Origin: a virus
DNA length: 41,081 nt
IMG/VR virus record: IMGVR_UViG_3300048917_000111
Coordinates: 1-41,081 of that record
Direction: 5' to 3' (one strand)
This document shows positions 30,777 to 39,240 of this stretch, piece after piece. The stretch's first letter is position 1. The number at the start of each line of letters is the position of its first letter. The notes below the pieces were generated by a model. That model was not told where the DNA came from. It made no database searches and saw nothing but the letters and a program-made list of their open reading frames with translations. A program made the translations under genes and the position numbers.

Positions 30777-33015
30777 TGCAACTAAGAACACAGGTGACGC
30801 TGGTCAGCTCGTAGTCACCGGTACCGAGGGTTCCCTCGATGCCTCTGGGAACCGCTCGGTGGTCTCCTGGAAGTGTGAGTACAAGGAACGTACCGAGTAC
30901 AACTACACGTGGGCCAACGGAGTCAGCGCCTCGTTCAACCTCAACGGTGGAGCGGACGACTGGACCGGTGACTTCGACTTCGACTGGCGTCCCGCTGGCA
31001 AGCAGTCGAAGACGGTCGCCAGCGGTAGCACCTGGGTTCCTCACAACAGTGATGGGTCCAAGACGGTGTCGCTGGAGTTCAGCATCGGCAGCACCGGTAC
31101 GTCTGGTGGCGGCGGTCCTGCCACGGTCACGCTGAGCCTCGGCCTGACCAAGCTGACGGTCGTCCCGGCTGTCCCCTCTGGTGTCACGGCGGTACGTGTC
31201 AGCGACACGCAGACCAAGGTCTCGTGGAGCCGTGGCACGTCGGCCAGCAACGGCCAGCCCACCACCCAGACCATCCAGCAGTCCATCAACGGTGGAGCCT
31301 GGACTACCCTGGTCACGGTGAACAACACCACGACGGCAACGGTCGCCACCAGCGCGAACCGAAAGGTCCAGTACCGGGTCCGCCAGAACAACGCAGCAGG
31401 CTCTAGCTCCTACAGTGCGGCCTCGAGCGCCATCTACACGACTCCCACGGCTCCGTCCAACGTGACGGCGACCAAGGGAGCCGACCTCAACATCACGGTC
31501 GCCTTCACCGAGAACGTCGGGTACAACGAGTATCAGCATGAGGTGTGGCACGGTGTCGTCGTGTCCGGGGTTACGACCTGGGATGGCTCGGCTATGGTTA
31601 CGCTGGCCAGCGGCGTCACGTCGTACGTCCACGTCAACCCGAACGCATCTCAGGTGCACATCTACCGGGTTCGGGCCAAGACCTCCTCGGGGACTGCACT
31701 GTACTCTGGCTATGTCAGCTCCAACTCGGTTCAGCTCCTGGTCGCGCCGAACGCGCCGACCCTGGCCTCGATGCCTGCCATCGCGGACAAGACCGTGGCT
31801 CTGACCTACACGTGGACTCACAACCCTGTGGACACGACGCCTCAGTCGGCGTACGAGTTCTCCTACTCGACCAACGGTGGAACGACATGGTCCACTTCTG
31901 GCAAGGTTGTGACCACCAGTCGCACCAGGACCATCGCGGCGAACACCTACCCAGCCAACACCCAGCTGACCGTTCGGGTCCGCACATGGGGCGCTGCGAC
32001 CACTGGTGGTGCTGACGGTACTGGTGCTTCGGCCTGGTCCACCAACGCAGTCACGACCTTCAAGACGGCTCCTGTCGCCAGCATCACTTCCCCGGCCAAC
32101 GGGGCAGTCATCAACGACAGCAAGCTGTTCGTCACGCTGGGATTCGCACAGGCGGAGGCGGCGACGTTCTCCACTGGCACCATCCAGCTCTACGACGCTG
32201 CGACCAACGAGCTGCTCGAGGAGATGCCGACCAACAGTCTGGCGTCGACTCGCATGGGCACTCAGGTCCAGGACGACAGCGCCTACACCCTGAAGGCACG
32301 CGTTCGCGACTCCAACGGTCTGTGGTCGGCCTGGGTGACCAGCGGATTCTCCGTCTCGTACCTGTCCCCGGCCCTGCCGACGGACACACTGACGTACCTG
32401 CCCGACACCGGCTGGATGCAGATCGACCTGACCTTCCCGGACCCCGGTCCTGGTGAGGCTCCTGCTACCTATGCCACCATCCTGCGAAGCGTGGACGGCG
32501 GACCCTGGGAGACCGTCATGGACAGCTACCCTGTCGCCTCCCCCATGACCGTCATGGACACCACTCCCAGCATCCACGGAGTCAACACCTACCAGATCAT
32601 CGCCATCACCGATCTCGGTGCACAGGGCACGGTCTACGACGAGAACGAGACCACCGAGTGCAAGAACGCCTTCCTGAGCAAGGGAGACGCGTTCGACAAC
32701 GTGGTCGTGTTTGGCGGCAACCTGAAGGTGGATGAGTCACTGGATGTGGCCTCCACGACTGTTGAGATGGCTGGCCGGACCAAGCCCATCGGCCTGTACT
32801 CCAACGAGACCTCCGTCTCCCTGAAGGTGTCCAGCCGGATGTTCGACGGCTTCGGCACCGGCCGGAATGACATGCGGAACTTCCTCCTCACGCCTGGGAA
32901 AGCCTGCTACCGTGACGCCACCGGACGACGCGTGTTCGGCACGCTGACCGGTAGCCTGTCCTGGGAGAAGTCTGACCGAGGCGACCTGGACTTCACCCTC
33001 ACGGAGACGAGCTAA
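30769..33015 (+). CDS. Minor tail protein (distal tail protein-like C-terminus, FN3-like repeats, HNSDGSK N-terminal module)
   Basis: TTG start overlapping the tape measure stop. Several P-x-x-P-S-x-V-T FN3-like units. The C-terminus resembles siphovirus tail-component (Dit) proteins. Confidence 0.75.
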   Translation: MASATKNTGDAGQLVVTGTEGSLDASGNRSVVSWKCEYKERTEYNYTWANGVSASFNLNGGADDWTGDFDFDWRPAGKQSKTVASGSTWVPHNSDGSKTVSLEFSIGSTGTSGGGGPATVTLSLGLTKLTVVPAVPSGVTAVRVSDTQTKVSWSRGTSASNGQPTTQTIQQSINGGAWTTLVTVNNTTTATVATSANRKVQYRVRQNNAAGSSSYSAASSAIYTTPTAPSNVTATKGADLNITVAFTENVGYNEYQHEVWHGVVVSGVTTWDGSAMVTLASGVTSYVHVNPNASQVHIYRVRAKTSSGTALYSGYVSSNSVQLLVAPNAPTLASMPAIADKTVALTYTWTHNPVDTTPQSAYEFSYSTNGGTTWSTSGKVVTTSRTRTIAANTYPANTQLTVRVRTWGAATTGGADGTGASAWSTNAVTTFKTAPVASITSPANGAVINDSKLFVTLGFAQAEAATFSTGTIQLYDAATNELLEEMPTNSLASTRMGTQVQDDSAYTLKARVRDSNGLWSAWVTSGFSVSYLSPALPTDTLTYLPDTGWMQIDLTFPDPGPGEAPATYATILRSVDGGPWETVMDSYPVASPMTVMDTTPSIHGVNTYQIIAITDLGAQGTVYDENETTECKNAFLSKGDAFDNVVVFGGNLKVDESLDVASTTVEMAGRTKPIGLYSNETSVSLKVSSRMFDGFGTGRNDMRNFLLTPGKACYRDATGRRVFGTLTGSLSWEKSDRGDLDFTLTETS

Positions 33016-34793
33016 TGGCATACACTCCCTGGGTCACTCAGCGGACCAACCTCTGTCTCAACCCGAAGGCAGCAAACGACATCAGTGGGTGGTACACATC
33101 CACTGGTGCTTCGGCTGTCGCTCGTACGACTGCTGCTCCTGGTAAGGCTACGGCTATCCTGGTCACGGCTTCTGCCGCTGGCAGCATCACCGCTCGATGG
33201 GGCAACGGGGTCGCGAACCACATGCCAGTCACCGCTGGCATCCCTGTGACTGCTCAGGCAGTCATTCGAGTTCCTGCTGCTACCCGCACAGCCAGGGTCT
33301 ACCTCGCCTGGTTCGACGATGCTGGTGTTCAGGTCGGTGTGAATCAGATCGGCACCGACATCACGGCCAACGCTACCGGCTGGACCCTGGCTACCGTCAC
33401 GGCCACACCAGACGATGGTGCTACGTCGATGCGGGCATACATCCAGGTCATCAACGGTACTGCAGTCGGTGAGACCTTCTGGTACACCGAGTTCATCGCA
33501 GAGTCGGACACCAGCGGTCCGTACTTCGACGGTGACATGGGCCTCGTCGACGCGTTCACGCAGAACCTCTGGCTGGGCACGCCGAACGCCTCGATGAGCA
33601 TCCAGCAGACTCGTGAGTTCGACGACACACCGGTCTTCCCGGTCAAGAACCTCAGCACCGAGGACATCCTCTACGGAGACCGCGTTACCTCGTACCGGTG
33701 GGAGATCATCGGTCACGCCAGCAACGGGGTCGACTCCTTCGTCGGCAACATGGATGGCGTCAGCGACGGCAGCATCAAGTGGACCCTGAACGCTCAGGTG
33801 AAGGGTGGAGGCTCAGTCTCCGTCGTGGACATTGACGAGGCAGCGCCTGGCCTGATTCGCATCGGTGATTTGAGCCTGCCGTCTCTACGGCTCCGGCCGG
33901 TCTGCAGCATCGAGGGGCTTCCCGACATCTACCTCGGGATCTTCCTGGTGACCAATGCCAAGGAGGAGTGGGACGACACCGGTCGTGTCTGGGACCTCGA
34001 GCTGCTGGACAAGTGCACTGTTCCGCAGCAGGACAGCGTGGACCAGTCGTACGCGGTCGCAGCCGGTACGCTCATCCTCAAGCAGGTTCAGACGATCCTG
34101 GCTACGTGTGGCGAGACCATCGCGATCGACAACGGGAACACCCTGGCAACGTCGACCGGTCTGGTCTGGGAGGCTGGCACGTCCAAGCTCCAGATCATCA
34201 ATGACCTGCTGGATGTGGCCGGGTACAACGCTCTCTGGATGGACGGCATGGGCAACTTCCAGGCGACGCCTCGCGTCCTGCCTGCCAAGCGCGACCCGAA
34301 CTACGCTCTGCTGGGGATCCCACGTGTCCTGGAAGACGGTGAACAGGCTATCTACAGCCCTCAGTGGGAGCGGGAGGCCGACTCCTTCGACGTGCCGAAC
34401 AAGGTCGTCACAGTACAGGCAGCGGGCGGAACCGACGCACCGGCTCTCACCGGTCAGTGGACAAACCAGGACCCCACCAGTCCGTACTCGTACCAGTCTC
34501 GTGGTCGCTGGATCGTGAACACGGTGAGCGACGTGGACTGCCCTGCTGGCACGACCGCCGACATCCAGGCGTTCCTGAACAGCCGTGCCCAGACGACACT
34601 CATCCAGCAGTCTGCTGTCCAGGCACAAGTCGACACGACGCACCTTCCCATCCCCATCGCTGTGGGAGATGTGGTTCAGTTCGTCAACTCTGAGGCTGGC
34701 ATCGACGCTATGCACGTCATCACCAGCACCGAGCTGGATACCCATCCACTGGGACTCATGAAGTCCTCTCTCCAGGAAGTGATCTCGCTGTGA
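33015..34793 (+). CDS. Minor tail protein (Tal/baseplate hub-like) with N-terminal carbohydrate-binding-module-like domain
   Basis: N-terminal NLCLNPKAANDISGWY jelly-roll-style module. 592 aa. Follows the Dit-like gene. Confidence 0.7.
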   Translation: MAYTPWVTQRTNLCLNPKAANDISGWYTSTGASAVARTTAAPGKATAILVTASAAGSITARWGNGVANHMPVTAGIPVTAQAVIRVPAATRTARVYLAWFDDAGVQVGVNQIGTDITANATGWTLATVTATPDDGATSMRAYIQVINGTAVGETFWYTEFIAESDTSGPYFDGDMGLVDAFTQNLWLGTPNASMSIQQTREFDDTPVFPVKNLSTEDILYGDRVTSYRWEIIGHASNGVDSFVGNMDGVSDGSIKWTLNAQVKGGGSVSVVDIDEAAPGLIRIGDLSLPSLRLRPVCSIEGLPDIYLGIFLVTNAKEEWDDTGRVWDLELLDKCTVPQQDSVDQSYAVAAGTLILKQVQTILATCGETIAIDNGNTLATSTGLVWEAGTSKLQIINDLLDVAGYNALWMDGMGNFQATPRVLPAKRDPNYALLGIPRVLEDGEQAIYSPQWEREADSFDVPNKVVTVQAAGGTDAPALTGQWTNQDPTSPYSYQSRGRWIVNTVSDVDCPAGTTADIQAFLNSRAQTTLIQQSAVQAQVDTTHLPIPIAVGDVVQFVNSEAGIDAMHVITSTELDTHPLGLMKSSLQEVISL

Positions 34794-35860
34794 ACCAGAA
34801 CGACTTCACGTCATTCAATTGGGGGACCGTCGTCGGCCTGCCTGGCAACCAAGCCACGAACCCTGTCGCAGCGGTAGACACGACTGGATGGACTTATGGA
34901 GGTAACGGGTCTGGGGCTACGTTCACTCTAGCACGCGTCACTGGTCTCTCAGGGGCATCGGCAACGACCGGATTCCGGGTTACATGTACAGCCGCGGGCA
35001 CGGCCACCTACTTCGGTGTCCAGAACACTGTCTCTGGCTTCGAGATGCCGGTCACCCCTGGTCAGATGGTGTCGGCCTCTGCAGACATCCGTCCGTCAGT
35101 GAACAAGGCCATCACGTTCAACATCGAGTTCCGTGACGTGAACCACTCCTATCTGACAAGCCTTCCTGGAAACCCTACTGCATCTCCTGGTGCTGGAGTG
35201 TGGCGTCGACTGAGTCAGACAGGTATCGTACCTGCTGGTGCGGCATTCGCATACATCATCGCACGTATCAGCGCTGCTCCTGCAGTCAACGACTATATCG
35301 ACGTTACTGGTGTCCAGATGGGCTACGGCAACATGTCGCCCTCGAAGCTTCAAGTCACCCTGGACGGTGACACGGCTCCTCTGGCGATGGTTCCTGACAG
35401 CCTGGTCGATCCGCTGTCTATGGCTACTGGAGCACGTGTGCGGGTCGAACTCAGCAAGCGTAAGGCCATCATTCACGGTACGTCGCTTCAGCTCGGTACC
35501 GGCTGGGTCTCCATGCCTCTGTCGTCTGGCCTGGCTCAGCAGGACACTGGACAGGACATCCAGGTGATGCGGAACGGTGCCTGGGTGGTGTGGCGAGGAG
35601 CCTTCAAGCAGACTTCAGGCGCGAACTTCCCGGTGACCACCAGCGTCCAGATCGTTGACGATGGCAAGATTCCGCCTCAGTTCCTGCCTGATCCTGTCGC
35701 GGCTGGTGCCCCGTACATCTACTACGCTGGTGGCACGCTGGGCAGTACAGGAGGCCAGCTCCGCATGACGTCTGGTGGCGGACTTCAGCTTCGTACCGAC
35801 ACTGTGACCGGTTCCTACTACTCGACTACCGCGGTCATGTACCGTGGGCAGAACCTCTAA
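34790..35860 (+). CDS. Minor tail protein / receptor-binding candidate with CBM-like N-terminal domain
   Basis: GTG start (GTGA overlap). N-terminal NQATNPVAAVDTTGWTY module is paralogous in style to the previous gene. Confidence 0.65.
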   Translation: MNQNDFTSFNWGTVVGLPGNQATNPVAAVDTTGWTYGGNGSGATFTLARVTGLSGASATTGFRVTCTAAGTATYFGVQNTVSGFEMPVTPGQMVSASADIRPSVNKAITFNIEFRDVNHSYLTSLPGNPTASPGAGVWRRLSQTGIVPAGAAFAYIIARISAAPAVNDYIDVTGVQMGYGNMSPSKLQVTLDGDTAPLAMVPDSLVDPLSMATGARVRVELSKRKAIIHGTSLQLGTGWVSMPLSSGLAQQDTGQDIQVMRNGAWVVWRGAFKQTSGANFPVTTSVQIVDDGKIPPQFLPDPVAAGAPYIYYAGGTLGSTGGQLRMTSGGGLQLRTDTVTGSYYSTTAVMYRGQNL

Positions 35861-35868
35861 GGAGCAAC

Positions 35869-36198
35869 ATGTCATTCCTCGATGTCACCCAGATGGCGAA
35901 CGATCGTGGCCTGCAGTCGCGGGTTAAGTCGTGCCTGGTACTCGAGAACATGGCCACACCAGGCAAGTACCCCGACTCTGACATATGGATCGTTAACCAT
36001 GCCTGGGTCTTGGCGGCTCAGCCTGGATGGCAGGAGGCCTGGGGATACGCCAGGGCTCAGGAGAAGACCAACCTGGGTCTCGATGAAGGCGTGGTTACGG
36101 ACGGTATGATCTCCGCAGCGGCGGAGGCCATCTATCAGTTCGAGAATATCGTCTCAGCCGAGACCGACGAACCCAACACAGAAGGAGATGCAGCATGA
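35869..36198 (+). CDS. Hypothetical protein (109 aa)
   Basis: ORF between the tail and lysis genes. RBS AAGGAGC. Confidence 0.6.
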   Translation: MSFLDVTQMANDRGLQSRVKSCLVLENMATPGKYPDSDIWIVNHAWVLAAQPGWQEAWGYARAQEKTNLGLDEGVVTDGMISAAAEAIYQFENIVSAETDEPNTEGDAA

Positions 36199-36875
36199 CC
36201 GTATGGGGAAACGGCTCCAAGAAGGAGCCGACTGTCACGAGCGGCTACGGACCGCGGAAGGGTGGAGCGTTCTCGTTCCACTACGGAACCGACTTCGACG
36301 GCTACTCCAGCGTCAAGTCGATCGAGTCTGGCAAGGTCACCTTCGCCGGGTTCATGAACAACAACGCAGGCAACGCAGTCGCCTACGACCTCGACGAGAA
36401 GGGTCCCAAGGGCGAGGTCATCACCGTCGTCCACATGCACCTGTCCTCGGTCTCGGTCAAGGTCGGCCAGCGCCTCGGTGAGGGCCAGAAGATCGGCAAC
36501 ATGGGCAGCACCGGCAACGCGACCGGGAAGTGCGACCACATCGAGATCCGTTTCTGGCTCGGTGGCAAGTACACCACGACGAACCCGGTGCCCTGGATCT
36601 CCGGCCGGATCAAGAACGAGGCAGCGGTCACGACCGGTGTCCGTACGCGCAAGACCAAGGCGTACTCCAACGCTCGCACGGCTCCGAACACCGGCGCGGC
36701 GATCGACAAGGGATCGAGCCTGAAGAAGGGTGTCGTCGGTTCGTTCGACGGCTACACCATCGGCCAGTCGGTCGAGGGGAACAACGTCTGGTTCCGGGGA
36801 GCCTTCCACAAGCGCTGGTACTGGTCTGGTGCCTTCGAGGGTGGCCCGAACACGGCAGGACTCAAGAAGCTCTGA
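36195..36875 (+). CDS. Endolysin, M23 peptidase domain plus C-terminal putative cell-wall-binding domain
   Basis: HxxxD FHYGTDF. GNMGSTGNATGKCDHIEI (M23 HxH-region equivalent). Confidence 0.8.
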   Translation: MTVWGNGSKKEPTVTSGYGPRKGGAFSFHYGTDFDGYSSVKSIESGKVTFAGFMNNNAGNAVAYDLDEKGPKGEVITVVHMHLSSVSVKVGQRLGEGQKIGNMGSTGNATGKCDHIEIRFWLGGKYTTTNPVPWISGRIKNEAAVTTGVRTRKTKAYSNARTAPNTGAAIDKGSSLKKGVVGSFDGYTIGQSVEGNNVWFRGAFHKRWYWSGAFEGGPNTAGLKKL

Positions 36876-36878
36876 CCC

Positions 36879-37361
36879 ATGGAGAAGCATCGTCCCCCTA
36901 CGTGGCCCACGTGGGCGATTGTCGTTGGTGGCTTGATCATCACGGTAGTCGCCTTCGTGTGGCTGAGTGTCGAGAATGATAAGCGTGGAAACCCTGTATT
37001 GGATGACAATCTGGTTAAGGTGTTGGTGCCTCTTATCGGTGGCGCGTTCACGCTCTTGGTGGTATTCGCGCAGCGCTCCATCGGAGCGATCAAGCACCAA
37101 GTCCAGAACTCGCACACCACGAACATGAGGGACGAGCAGGACAAGCAGACCGATGTCCTGCTGGAAATCCGGATGAAGCTCGCTCGTCTGGAATCCGTCC
37201 CCGCCGAGATAGGGTGGATCCGTCGTGACGTGGGCTTGCTCCGCGGCGACATCTCCCAACAGCGCCAGGACTTCAGCCAGCATCTGAAAGAGGCTGGTGA
37301 GTGGCGCGAAGATATCGAGGACACCATCGAAGGTCATCACAAGAAGGAGATCGAAGAATGA
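36879..37361 (+). CDS. Holin-like membrane protein (2 TM segments plus coiled-coil tail)
   Basis: TM segments WAIVVGGLIITVVAFVWL and LVPLIGGAFTLLVVF. Adjacent to the endolysin. Confidence 0.6.
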   Translation: MEKHRPPTWPTWAIVVGGLIITVVAFVWLSVENDKRGNPVLDDNLVKVLVPLIGGAFTLLVVFAQRSIGAIKHQVQNSHTTNMRDEQDKQTDVLLEIRMKLARLESVPAEIGWIRRDVGLLRGDISQQRQDFSQHLKEAGEWREDIEDTIEGHHKKEIEE

Positions 37362-37591
37362 AAGACTTCCTCGCCAAGTCGAAGAAGGCCATCGCCGGAG
37401 GCATCGCGGGAGCGGTGACGGCAGCAGGCACGGCCATCGCCACTGCGTTCGCAGACGGAGCGTTTGACCAGGCTGACGCCTGGATCGTCGCCTCCGCCGT
37501 GGTCGGCGGATTCCTGGTGGCAGCGGCCACGGTGTACGCAGCACCGGCCAACGCCACCGGAGAGACCACCAGCGACGCGCCCCAGGGCTAA
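37358..37591 (+). CDS. Small membrane protein (77 aa), second holin/antiholin candidate
   Basis: ATGA overlap. Two Ala/Gly-rich hydrophobic segments. Confidence 0.55.
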   Translation: MKDFLAKSKKAIAGGIAGAVTAAGTAIATAFADGAFDQADAWIVASAVVGGFLVAAATVYAAPANATGETTSDAPQG

Positions 37592-37602
37592 CGCAGACAG
37601 CA

Positions 37603-37640
37603 AGAGACCCCACCTAGCTACCGTGCTGGGTGGGGTCTCT
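37603..37640. terminator. Bidirectional 12-bp stem-loop at the convergence of the two arms
   Basis: AGAGACCCCACC (37603-37614) pairs with GGTGGGGTCTCT (37629-37640). Confidence 0.7.
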
Positions 37641-37654
37641 GGCGTCCTGCAGGC

Positions 37655-37963
37655 TTACTTCTCCGGCAGGGTGGGGTCTACGATGAACCACTCGTACCCG
37701 GTGAAGACTCCGTTGGACCGATGTGCCTCCATGCGGAGGAACCCGATGCGGGTCAAGTACCGGAGGCGACGGTCCGACTCCCCGAGGTTGATGTCCATCA
37801 TGTCGGCGAAGTCCGCCTGCTTGATAGCACCCTGCCCGAGGAACCGGCAGACCTTGAGACCCTCACTGAGCCAGCTCCCCTCATCGAAGGGAACCGGCTT
37901 CTTGGCGAAGCCCTCCCGCTGTGCGTGACGGGTCTTGGCGACCTCGTGCTGTGCGCGGCTCAT
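37655..37963 (-). CDS. Putative winged-helix DNA-binding protein (102 aa)
   Basis: IKQADFADMMDINLGESDRRLRYLTRIGFL looks HTH-like. ATGA overlap with the upstream gene. Confidence 0.5.
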   Translation of the reverse strand: MSRAQHEVAKTRHAQREGFAKKPVPFDEGSWLSEGLKVCRFLGQGAIKQADFADMMDINLGESDRRLRYLTRIGFLRMEAHRSNGVFTGYEWFIVDPTLPEK

Positions 37964-38187
37964 GCGACCTTCCTTCCTGCGTTCTTACGGTCGTAGAATT
38001 CCAGGTACTTCGCCCTGGTGGCTTCGTTGGTGTGCGGGTTGATGTTGTCCTCGAGGCAGTCCAGGAGGAAATTGACGTCACCACCCTCGACGAGAGCGTC
38101 GACCAGCATGGTCATGGCATCCTGGAACCCTGCGTGGTAGGCGCGAGCCTGGGTGTGGACGTTGAGGTTGATCTTCGAGTTGCTCAT
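37960..38187 (-). CDS. Hypothetical protein (75 aa), leaderless
   Basis: ATG 38187 lies exactly 6 nt downstream of the -10 CAAACT. Confidence 0.6.
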   Translation of the reverse strand: MSNSKINLNVHTQARAYHAGFQDAMTMLVDALVEGGDVNFLLDCLEDNINPHTNEATRAKYLEFYDRKNAGRKVA

Positions 38188-38193
38188 GGGACT

Positions 38194-38222
38194 AGTTTGC
38201 CTCTCTTGTGATGATTCCGCAA
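38194..38222 (-). promoter_or_regulatory. Promoter: TTGCGG-N17-CAAACT (leaderless)
   Basis: Reverse complement reads TTGCGG aatcatcacaagagagg CAAACT agtccc ATG. Confidence 0.55.
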
Positions 38223-38223
38223 G

Positions 38224-39051
38224 TCACAGCCAAGCGGCCTTGGTGGGACGAGCACCGAAGGCGAAAGCCACGTCGTCGCGGCTCGGGGTGAGTGTGGCCG
38301 TGAAGCTGATGCGACGACCCTTAGCCTCTTCGAGGGTGGTGGTCTCGAGCAGAGCCGTGGGGATGGAGCACCACACCTTGAATCCCTCGTCCGACTTGAC
38401 CAGCATCTTGTACTGGGGACCGAAGTCGCCCTCCTGGAAGCGGGTCGAGACAACCTCACCGGTCACGACGACGCGGCCAGCAGGAGCCGGGTGAGAAGCG
38501 GCCTCGGTAGCCACGGCCACACGCTTCTCCATGGTGCGGCGGACTGCTGCGATCATGTTCGGCGTGAAGGGCTTGCTCGGGGCAACCCAGCGGAGGGTCT
38601 CGGCCATCGTGCGGATGAAGCCGTCCTTCTCGAGCTTGATGGTGGTCTGAGCAGCGGCCCACTCGTCGTAGGTGGCGTACTGGTCCTGGTCGTCGCCCTC
38701 GATGGTGATGCCCATGAGGAAGTCGTAGACCTCCTTGTCGGCCTGCTGGAGAGCGAGCTTGTTCGCCTCAGCAGCATCGATGCGCTTTTGGTGCTCCGCA
38801 GCACGCTTCCGGTCGGCCTGAGCCTTACGGACCGCGCGCTCGTGGCACCACTTCTCCGCCTGCTGGCGAGTCTCGAAGATGTCACCGAGGCGACCCTCCC
38901 AGACGTTTCCGCAGAGGTAGCAGATGCTGTCCATGCCGTTGAAGCTGTAGTGGCCGGTGCCTCCGCAGCGACGGCATCCCTTGCCGAAGACTCCCTCAGA
39001 GGTCTCGACGTAGTAGAAGCCCTCGAACTCGATGCTGTGAATTGTGCTCAT
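38224..39051 (-). CDS. Zinc-finger (CxxCxGxG, CxxC) protein with OB-fold-like C-terminus, leaderless
   Basis: CRRCGGTG ... CYLCGN. C-terminal VVVTGEVVSTRFQEGDFGPQYKMLVKSDEGFKVW. ATG 39051 lies 6 nt after the -10. Confidence 0.6.
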   Translation of the reverse strand: MSTIHSIEFEGFYYVETSEGVFGKGCRRCGGTGHYSFNGMDSICYLCGNVWEGRLGDIFETRQQAEKWCHERAVRKAQADRKRAAEHQKRIDAAEANKLALQQADKEVYDFLMGITIEGDDQDQYATYDEWAAAQTTIKLEKDGFIRTMAETLRWVAPSKPFTPNMIAAVRRTMEKRVAVATEAASHPAPAGRVVVTGEVVSTRFQEGDFGPQYKMLVKSDEGFKVWCSIPTALLETTTLEEAKGRRISFTATLTPSRDDVAFAFGARPTKAAWL

Positions 39052-39057
39052 GTGACT

Positions 39058-39086
39058 AGTTTGCCTCACACTTCCGGAAATGCCAA
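39058..39086 (-). promoter_or_regulatory. Promoter: TTGGCA-N17-CAAACT (leaderless)
   Basis: Reverse complement reads TTGGCA tttccggaagtgtgagg CAAACT agtcac ATG. Confidence 0.55.
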
Positions 39087-39087
39087 A

Positions 39088-39240
39088 TCATTTCTTGGAA
39101 GTCAGGTGATACGCCTTGTGCTCCTGGCACCAGTAGATCCGGCGCTCCTCCCGCTTGGACTTCTGCGAGAGGTATGTCCGGCTCAGCGCGATCTTGGCAT
39201 CCAGCTTGGTCCGGTACGGTACCTTCCGGCAACGGCTCAC
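39088..39240 (-). CDS. Small Cys/His protein (50 aa, GTG start)
   Basis: GTGA overlap with the primase stop. Sequence is VSRCRKVPYRTKLDAKIALSRTYLSQKSKREERRIYWCQEHKAYHLTSKK, ending in a WHLTS-type small zinc-binding motif. Confidence 0.5.
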   Translation of the reverse strand: MSRCRKVPYRTKLDAKIALSRTYLSQKSKREERRIYWCQEHKAYHLTSKK

